The notes below the pieces were generated by a model. That model saw nothing but the letters and a program-made list of their open reading frames with translations. It did not search any database and was not told where the DNA came from. A stretch of 32,000 nucleotides of DNA from Cylindrospermopsis raciborskii Cr2010 (GTDB lineage: Bacteria; Cyanobacteriota; Cyanobacteriia; Cyanobacteriales; Nostocaceae): the NCBI RefSeq assembly GCF_003367075.2, contig NZ_CP065936.1, positions 1,590,001-1,622,000 on the forward strand, in the 5' to 3' direction. A program made the position numbers and the translations under genes. Positions 26,190 through 32,000 of this stretch are shown here, piece after piece. Each line of letters begins with the position of its first letter. Positions within the stretch are counted from its first letter, which is position 1.

Positions 26190-27410
26190 TTATCTAGCAG
26201 CAACTTCAGGATCTAACCAAATAGTTTGTCCCTTATTACCAAAAATTATAGGTTGATCATCACTAATATTCATGTTAATGTTCTTACCATCACCACTAAC
26301 TTGCACTAATGGCCAGTTTTCTTCTCCTAACTCACCTGAGCGGAATAGCACATAATTGGGTTGTTTTTTGCTCCAACCCAATAAAATGGCAATTTTCTCA
26401 TGCTCCCCTTCTCCTGGAGGGGGAACTACTGTGGTGGTGGCATTTTGTTGGCGATTCCAAATGACTGCATTATCTGTTACATCTGCTGTGTTGAAAGTGC
26501 CCACAAATTTTCTGGCTAAAAACTGATCCCCTTTTTCTGACCAACTAACCGGGACTAAAATCCCTATCTTACCTTGATTGTTGGTCTCTGGGGTAAATTT
26601 TCCATTCTTTGATAACATATCAACAGCGTCTGATGTTTTAGCCAGGATATTCAATCTTTTAGTCTGTCTATCTTCAATAAACAACAGACTACTAACCTGG
26701 CTATTGTGCATTTCCGGTTCTACTTCCAGTTGTACCCGACTATAAACTGCATATCTACCATCAGGAGATACCACAGGAGTGCTGCGATATTGCCGCACTC
26801 CTGAACGTCCCTGACCACCAATTGCTTCCTGGGTCATTACTATCCACTTCCAGGGTATGGGATGGGGACTATTAATGGGATCTGCTGGCACTCCATTGGA
26901 TATGCTTACCTGCTCTTCTGTAGGTACAATTTGTGAACTTCTTGCATCGGAAGGGATTACACCCGTAGCAATACTTTGATTTGGATAATTTTTACTTTTT
27001 GGATGATTAACTCCCTTATCATATATGGCGGATCTATTTGTTCTAGTGCTGGTACTTTCTTCCATCTCCTTCACACCTAACATATTTTCTCTTTCCAGCT
27101 TAACTGCATTTTGTTTTTTGTTAGAGATTTTAGATCGGGAAGACACAGAACTGCTTTTATTAGGTGTCTGGGTTACGGGTAAAGTAGGACCCAATTTGAC
27201 TGATGGGGAATTAAATCCAGATAAATCTTTGGACCCACCCGATTGTGAGGTACTTTTGTCTATTTTTACTTGGGATTGTCTTGCTAAGCTAAAATAGGCT
27301 GACGTACTCAAGATAGGTACTACTATTAATATAACAACTACAACCCGATTAAAACGTGGCTGGGGGTGGAACCATCCTGACTGAGGGAGGGATTTAAGCA
27401 TGGCTTTCAC
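26190..27410 (-). CDS. membrane-anchored hypothetical protein with an S/T/P-rich linker and a globular C-terminal domain
   Basis: N-terminal TM (VVVVILIVVPILSTSAYFSL). About 150 aa of low-complexity Ser/Thr/Pro/Asn-rich sequence follows. The ~230-aa C-terminal region contains a TolB-like SPDGRY motif. Confidence 0.55.
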   Translation of the reverse strand: MKAMLKSLPQSGWFHPQPRFNRVVVVILIVVPILSTSAYFSLARQSQVKIDKSTSQSGGSKDLSGFNSPSVKLGPTLPVTQTPNKSSSVSSRSKISNKKQNAVKLERENMLGVKEMEESTSTRTNRSAIYDKGVNHPKSKNYPNQSIATGVIPSDARSSQIVPTEEQVSISNGVPADPINSPHPIPWKWIVMTQEAIGGQGRSGVRQYRSTPVVSPDGRYAVYSRVQLEVEPEMHNSQVSSLLFIEDRQTKRLNILAKTSDAVDMLSKNGKFTPETNNQGKIGILVPVSWSEKGDQFLARKFVGTFNTADVTDNAVIWNRQQNATTTVVPPPGEGEHEKIAILLGWSKKQPNYVLFRSGELGEENWPLVQVSGDGKNINMNISDDQPIIFGNKGQTIWLDPEVAAR

Positions 27411-27763
27411 TATTGATGAGATTTAAGGTGCTGGGCAAGTAGCTTTGTGTGTGCAAGGAAGAGTGCAAATGTTATACATAGCAAAAAATGATAACTCAGG
27501 AGGGTATTTACCTATCCTACCTAACAAAACTATGGTAGCGTGCACCTTTGTGGTAGAGTCAACTGAGGAGTTGACTTCTCCCCGCTCTAAAGAGACTTAG
27601 TTTTAAACCAAGTTTGTCTAGCATAGTACAAAGCGAAGTTATATAAATCCTTTGATTCATGGCAAAGATATTCTATTATGGCTAGAGTATCTTTGTCACC
27701 GCTAATTAAAACTTGTTGACATCCAATCAGAAAAACTACCTCCTTAAAACTAACCAACCTCCG

Positions 27764-28759
27764 ATGAAAATAGTGTTTTTTGGCACTCCTAATTTTGCTA
27801 TTCCCACCTTAAAAAAATTGTTGAATGATTCTAGATTTCAGGTTTTAGCAGTTGTCACCCAACCGGATAAACGCAGAGAAAGGGGGAATCAACTTACGCC
27901 CTCTCCAGTTAAAACCTTGGCTAAGGCTCATAATCTGATTGTATGGCAACCAGAAAGAATTAAGAAGGATTCTGGGACCTTGACTAAACTAAGGGAACTT
28001 AATGCGGATTTCTTTATAGTAGTTGCTTATGGGCAAATTCTATCTACAAAAATCCTCAACATGCCAAAATTAGGTTGTATTAATGTACATGGTTCAATTT
28101 TACCGGAATATAGAGGTGCTGCCCCCATTCAGTGGTCTATACACAAAGGAGAAAGACAAACTGGTGTGACAACTATGTTAATGGATGCGGGTATGGATAC
28201 AGGAGATATGCTTTTAAAAGCCAGCTTACCAATTGGACTATTAGATAATGCTCAAGTTATTGCGGATAAACTAGCTGAAACTGGTGGAAACCTGTTAATA
28301 GAAACCCTAACCAAATTTAGAAATGGAGAGATTACACCAATTCCTCAAAATGATTCCTTAGCTACCTACGCCTCATTAATTAATAAAGAAGACTATTATT
28401 TAGACTGGTCAAGAACAGCTATAGAACTACACAATCAGATCCGAGGATTTTACCCCAACTGCATCACCACCTTTCGTCATCAACCTTTAAAAATCGTCGC
28501 CACTGTTCCCCTAGAGTCCGCCTACATTCAGGAGTTGCCAAAGGAAATCCAGTCCAAACTTGAGAAAGTGCCTGATTTGTCCGCCCAATTAGCATCGCCA
28601 GGATCTGTCCTCAGTATTATTAAAGGATTGGGTGCTGTGGTTCAAACTGGGGAAGGTTGTTTGTGGTTGAGAGAGGTACAACCAACAGGCAAAAAACTTC
28701 AGTCGGGATGGGATTTTGTCAATGGTAGTCGTTTGACAGTGGGAGAAACTATTGGTTAG
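27764..28759 (+). CDS. fmt: methionyl-tRNA formyltransferase
   Basis: The ATG at 27764 gives the canonical MKIVFFGTPNFAIPTL N-terminus. INVHGSILPEYRGAAPIQW is the formyltransferase active-site motif. The ORF track TTG start at 27713 is unlikely. Confidence 0.9.
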   Translation: MKIVFFGTPNFAIPTLKKLLNDSRFQVLAVVTQPDKRRERGNQLTPSPVKTLAKAHNLIVWQPERIKKDSGTLTKLRELNADFFIVVAYGQILSTKILNMPKLGCINVHGSILPEYRGAAPIQWSIHKGERQTGVTTMLMDAGMDTGDMLLKASLPIGLLDNAQVIADKLAETGGNLLIETLTKFRNGEITPIPQNDSLATYASLINKEDYYLDWSRTAIELHNQIRGFYPNCITTFRHQPLKIVATVPLESAYIQELPKEIQSKLEKVPDLSAQLASPGSVLSIIKGLGAVVQTGEGCLWLREVQPTGKKLQSGWDFVNGSRLTVGETIG

Positions 28760-29105
28760 CAACGTAAGAACTACAGGAATCACACGGACCATCTGGGTTG
28801 ACAGCACAACGAATAATTTCTGAGTGGGCATTATACTTACAATTGGCATCCCCCACTACCCAACGTCCATTTATAAAACTTTTTTCCGATGGTCTTTTAG
28901 CTGTTTGAACGTAGATGGCAATTCTATGTAACCTGTAGCGTCCAGTTCGGAACTGATACCTGTGATGGCGTTCTAAAACGGCATAGGTTTTCCCCTCAAA
29001 ATCTAAATAATTTCCCGGTTGAGGAGCCCAATCAAGTTGTAACTTACCAAGATACCGCTGTGGACTGGTCAAAATTATCTCAGTTGCTAAAGAGTCTGGA
29101 TGCAT
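28749..29105 (-). CDS. hypothetical protein with a Cys-rich C-terminus
   Basis: 118-aa ORF. The C-terminal C-x11-C-x8-C-x2-C pattern (CKYNAHSEIIRCAVNPDGPCDSC) suggests a metal-binding knuckle. Its 3' end overlaps fmt by 11 nt. Confidence 0.5.
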   Translation of the reverse strand: MHPDSLATEIILTSPQRYLGKLQLDWAPQPGNYLDFEGKTYAVLERHHRYQFRTGRYRLHRIAIYVQTAKRPSEKSFINGRWVVGDANCKYNAHSEIIRCAVNPDGPCDSCSSYVANQ

Positions 29106-29260
29106 AATTTATATATGGCGCTAAGTAGGGAGGCACAATTATTTGTAGGATGGGTTGAGGAACGAAACCCATGCGGGCGTTGATTTTATATTTAATTCCA
29201 CCCACCCACTTATGGCTAAAGCTATAATATAGATTGAGCGCTAAGTAATTGATGGGAGGC

Positions 29261-29278
29261 TTTACAATTCTTTAAAAT
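29261..29278 (+). promoter_or_regulatory. HLR1-like direct repeat (candidate RpaB binding site) upstream of psaC
   Basis: TTTACAAT-tc-TTTAAAAT matches the HLR1 pattern (G/T)TTACA(T/A)(T/A)-N2-(G/T)TTACA(T/A)(T/A) at 15 of 16 positions. It lies 225-242 nt upstream of the psaC ATG. Confidence 0.4.
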
Positions 29279-29502
29279 TTCTTCAAGTTGTGGGGGGGGC
29301 GGCAAATTCCATACCAGTCAGTCCTTTTGTTGATTAAACCTCCATGGACGGGTTCTTGGGAAATCATTTTGTTGGGGGAGCTTATTAAATTGTTTAAAGT
29401 TATGTAGCCTTTTACTTACAGCTTAGCCTGGACTGGGGTAAACTATGCCTTGATATTATTCCTTCTCCAGAGAAGAACACCACCAAAGGAGTAGTTTTTT
29501 CA

Positions 29503-29748
29503 ATGTCTCATACCGTAAAAATCTACGATACCTGCATCGGTTGCACTCAATGTGTACGCGCTTGCCCCACTGACGTTCTAGAAATGGTTCCTTGGGACGG
29601 ATGTAAAGCCGCTCAAGTTGCTTCTTCACCCCGTATTCAAGACTGCGTAGGTTGCAAGCGCTGTGAAACAGCTTGCCCAACTGACTTTTTGAGCATTCGG
29701 GTTTACCTTGGGGCTGAAACAACTCGCAGCATGGGTCTAGCATATTAA
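29503..29748 (+). CDS. psaC: photosystem I iron-sulfur centre subunit PsaC
   Basis: 81 aa with two CxxCxxCxxxCP motifs. It is essentially identical to the canonical PsaC sequence I recall, and an AAAGGAG Shine-Dalgarno sits upstream. Confidence 0.95.
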   Translation: MSHTVKIYDTCIGCTQCVRACPTDVLEMVPWDGCKAAQVASSPRIQDCVGCKRCETACPTDFLSIRVYLGAETTRSMGLAY

Positions 29749-29782
29749 TCTACGCTGACCTATACCTGGGCAAAAAGTAGCA

Positions 29783-29839
29783 AGAACTGAGCTGGGGAAG
29801 AAATCTATGATTTAACTTGATTCTTCTTGGCTCAGCTCT
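29783..29839 (+). terminator. long imperfect hairpin after psaC (terminator or mRNA stability element)
   Basis: ctgagc (29787-92) pairs with gctcag (29830-35), and gaagaa (29797-802) pairs with ttcttc (29821-26), with additional flanking pairs. The loop is ~18 nt. No U-run follows. Confidence 0.4.
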
Positions 29840-29877
29840 GCTCCTGGAATACAACCTGCAATATAAATTAGAAAGTT

Positions 29878-30105
29878 ATGGCAATTAAAAAAGGAAATAT
29901 GGTTCGTGCCCTGCGCGAAAAGTTAGAAAATAGTCTGGAAGCTAAAGCTAGTGATGGGCGCTTTCCTTCCTATTTATTTGAAAGTTCCGGGGAAGTGGTG
30001 GATATTAAGGGAGATTACGCTTTAGTGAAGTTTGGTAAAGTGCCCACGCCAAATATTTGGTTGAAGCTAGACCAATTAACTATACAACAAGACGCGGCTT
30101 CTTAG
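29878..30105 (+). CDS. ndhO: NDH-1 complex subunit NdhO
   Basis: 75 aa. [44 protein letters not shown]...PTPNIWL.LDQL matches the cyanobacterial NdhO pattern I recall. Confidence 0.75.
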   Translation: MAIKKGNMVRALREKLENSLEAKASDGRFPSYLFESSGEVVDIKGDYALVKFGKVPTPNIWLKLDQLTIQQDAAS

Positions 30106-30117
30106 TCTTATGTCAGT

Positions 30118-30154
30118 TGTAGGAGGGTAAAAGTATAATTCAACCTCCTGCAAT
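30118..30154. terminator. hairpin between the convergent ndhO and HlyD-family genes
   Basis: ttgtaggagg / cctcctgcaa forms a 10-bp stem (one G-U pair) with a 17-nt loop. No clear U tract on either strand. Confidence 0.3.
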
Positions 30155-30176
30155 ATGTTCAGAGATGACTAACCTG

Positions 30177-31742
30177 TTACCTTACTTCCTGCAAGCTCTC
30201 AACTTGCTTAGTAAACATTTCCGTAAACAAACTCATAACGCTCCGTTCCTCACGCACTTTGATATTAGCAGTAATGGCCATACCAGACTGTAAAGGAATA
30301 CTTCTACCTTGAGATTCCATAGCTTGTTTATCTAAACTAACTCGCGCTGGAAAGCGATAAAACTGATGGGTCTGGTCAGGAGGTAAAGCATCTGAACCGA
30401 TATTAGTTACTTTACCTTTGATATCACCAAACTCACTAAAGGGGAACGAATCAATTCTCACATCCACCTTCATTCCCTCCTTCACAAATCCAATATCCTT
30501 ATTGGTGATAAATACCTCCGCTATATATTTATCATTGGGGACAATCTGTAATAGCTTTTGGGTAGGATTGGCGACAAAACCGGGGTTTTTTGCTTGCATG
30601 TCAAATATTATCCCTGATACGGGCGCACGCAGTTCTTGATATTTAACGTTTAATTTGGTTTGGGAAATTTTGCTACTAATATCTGCCAACTTCTGCTCAT
30701 TGTCTAAAATTATTCTCATAAACTGGCTGTCTATTTCGGCAATGCGCTTCTTGTTAGTAGCAATTTCTTCCAAGACATTTTTGTCAGTCACTGCTATGGT
30801 ATTGGTCACCTCTTGTTCTGCTCTTTGAATATCGAAGCCCAGGCGTTTTTCTTCTTCTTCTAACTGGGCTATTTCCGCTTTTAAATTTTGTACTTGTTGT
30901 TGCTGATTGAGATATTGCAGTTGAGAAATTCCCCCCTCTTTGGCCAGGACTTCTACCCTATCTAAGATTCCTTGTTGAATGGACAGACTGTTTTGTGTGT
31001 CCTTTCTCTTAACTATTGTTTGAGACAGTTGCTTTCTAATTTTTTCTACCTCAAATTTAGCTGCATTAGAGCGAGATTCCAGCTCTTTTCTAGCTACAAT
31101 TAGTCTTTTTTGTTCATCAATTCCAACTCCTGTTTCTGGTCTGGAATTTCCCAATTGTGAACGTAACAGTTGGTTTTCTTCCACCAGAGAAATGCGACTT
31201 TTTAACAAAAATGCCGACTCTGCTGGTAGACTACCACCCAGAAAATTCAGTTCTGAGCTAATAGCACCGCTTGCATTCATCAAACGACGATAGATGTCAT
31301 TTTCCTTGATTAAAGCAGCACGAACTTTATTGAGGGCGCCCAGCTCAGCTAGGGTAGCAACGGATTCAAATGTTAATAATAGATCCCCTGGTTTCACCTC
31401 TTGTCCATCTTTGACATGAACAGACTTCACCACCCCACTAATGGGTGCTTGTACATCTTTTACCGTACCCTCTGGTTTTAATTGTCCTGTAGCGGGAACT
31501 ACTTGTTCAATTTTTGCATAATAAGCCCAACCCACTCCAAAACAGGCCACAAGCATCAAAGTAATCATGATTGTGCGTGACCAGATGGGTGATTGTCGTA
31601 AAACTATGGATTGTTCAAAGCTGTCTTGATAAGCATAACTTAAATTCCCTGCTTTGGCTTTTGATGGGGTTTGAAGCACTCCTATACTAGCTGGTTTGCC
31701 ATTACCATTGCCATTAGTTGGATGATCATTAAATTGACTCAT
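30177..31742 (-). CDS. HlyD-family type I secretion periplasmic adaptor
   Basis: A single N-terminal TM (IMITLMLVACFGVGWAYYA) and a lipoyl-like motif (ISGVVKSVHVKDGQEVKPGDLLLTF) are followed by long coiled coils and a C-terminal beta-barrel region (RAPVSGIIFD..). Confidence 0.8.
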   Translation of the reverse strand: MSQFNDHPTNGNGNGKPASIGVLQTPSKAKAGNLSYAYQDSFEQSIVLRQSPIWSRTIMITLMLVACFGVGWAYYAKIEQVVPATGQLKPEGTVKDVQAPISGVVKSVHVKDGQEVKPGDLLLTFESVATLAELGALNKVRAALIKENDIYRRLMNASGAISSELNFLGGSLPAESAFLLKSRISLVEENQLLRSQLGNSRPETGVGIDEQKRLIVARKELESRSNAAKFEVEKIRKQLSQTIVKRKDTQNSLSIQQGILDRVEVLAKEGGISQLQYLNQQQQVQNLKAEIAQLEEEEKRLGFDIQRAEQEVTNTIAVTDKNVLEEIATNKKRIAEIDSQFMRIILDNEQKLADISSKISQTKLNVKYQELRAPVSGIIFDMQAKNPGFVANPTQKLLQIVPNDKYIAEVFITNKDIGFVKEGMKVDVRIDSFPFSEFGDIKGKVTNIGSDALPPDQTHQFYRFPARVSLDKQAMESQGRSIPLQSGMAITANIKVREERSVMSLFTEMFTKQVESLQEVR

Positions 31743-31770
31743 AAGGTTCCTTGGGTTGGTTGAGTGATAA

Positions 31771-32000
31771 TTAGAGGTTGACTTCCTGTTGCTGGTAAAG
31801 GTAGGAATAGTGTCCTTTAGCAGTCATTAGTTCCTGATGACTACCCTGCTCCACCACTCTACCCCCATCCATAACTACAATCGTATCTGAATTACTGACG
31901 GTATTGAGACGATGGGTAATGAAGAAAACTGTCTTGCCACGAAATGCCTTGGCTAAATTTAAACATATTTGCCTTTCTGTGGGATAGTCTAGGGCACTTG
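31771..32000 (-). CDS. 3' end of an ABC exporter ATPase (type I secretion partner), truncated by the window edge
   Basis: Minus-strand translation ..AFRGKTVFFITHRLNTVSNSDTIVVMDGGRVVEQGSHQELMTAKGHYSYLYQQQEVNL* shows the H-loop (ITHRL) and a typical exporter C-terminus. The stop lies 28 nt upstream of the HlyD start. Confidence 0.8.
   Translation of the reverse strand, partial: SALDYPTERQICLNLAKAFRGKTVFFITHRLNTVSNSDTIVVMDGGRVVEQGSHQELMTAKGHYSYLYQQQEVNL

Noticed and set aside
27713-27763. TTG-initiated 17-codon N-terminal extension of fmt suggested by the ORF track
   Set aside because: The ATG at 27764 gives the canonical MKIVFFGTP formyltransferase N-terminus. The extension (MLTSNQKNYLLKTNQPP) has no counterpart in Fmt proteins that I know.
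29115-29183. 22-codon ORF MALSREAQLFVGWVEERNPCGR
   Set aside because: It simply reads through the dispersed hairpin repeat. The VGWVEERNP-type translation is characteristic of that repeat rather than a gene.

Overview
This is an AT-rich cyanobacterial chromosomal segment. It carries at least 12 HIP1 (GCGATCGC) octamers plus psaC, ndhO and a plant-type petF, and its gene content looks like a filamentous, Nostocales-type genome. About 33 credible protein genes are packed on both strands. By eye I found no rRNA, tRNA, CRISPR array, transposase or integrase.

Left third: metal handling. It holds mobA, a ferritin-like gene with an FTR1 iron permease, and a cbiM(PDGLE-fused)-cbiQ-cbiO Co/Ni ECF importer.

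Middle: a cell-envelope block. A Wzz/BY-kinase-like gene is followed by two SpoIID/LytB paralogues that bracket a divergent squalene-hopene cyclase / hpnB-like glycosyltransferase pair. Next come petF, four small co-oriented genes (the first an HTH fused to a GrpE-like region), a CobW-type G3E GTPase behind a COG0402-like amidohydrolase, a cupin and a NUDIX gene.

Right third: a 1060-aa protein (7 FG-GAP repeats, a cadherin-like module, a DUF4114-like tail) with no signal peptide, a membrane-anchored S/T/P-rich protein, fmt, psaC, ndhO, and a HlyD adaptor plus the 3' end of an ABC exporter (type I secretion).

I did not find a clear-cut novel defence or mobile system. The most unusual items are:
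- the FG-GAP/cadherin protein;
- a candidate ~125-nt RNA delimited by overlapping promoter-like motifs and a bidirectional terminator;
- the HTH-GrpE-like fusion;
- the hopanoid/SpoIID arrangement;
- a start-less gene remnant;
- an HLR1-like site upstream of a psaC with two unusual substitutions.

All calls come from reading motifs in the sequence and translations. No database search was run.
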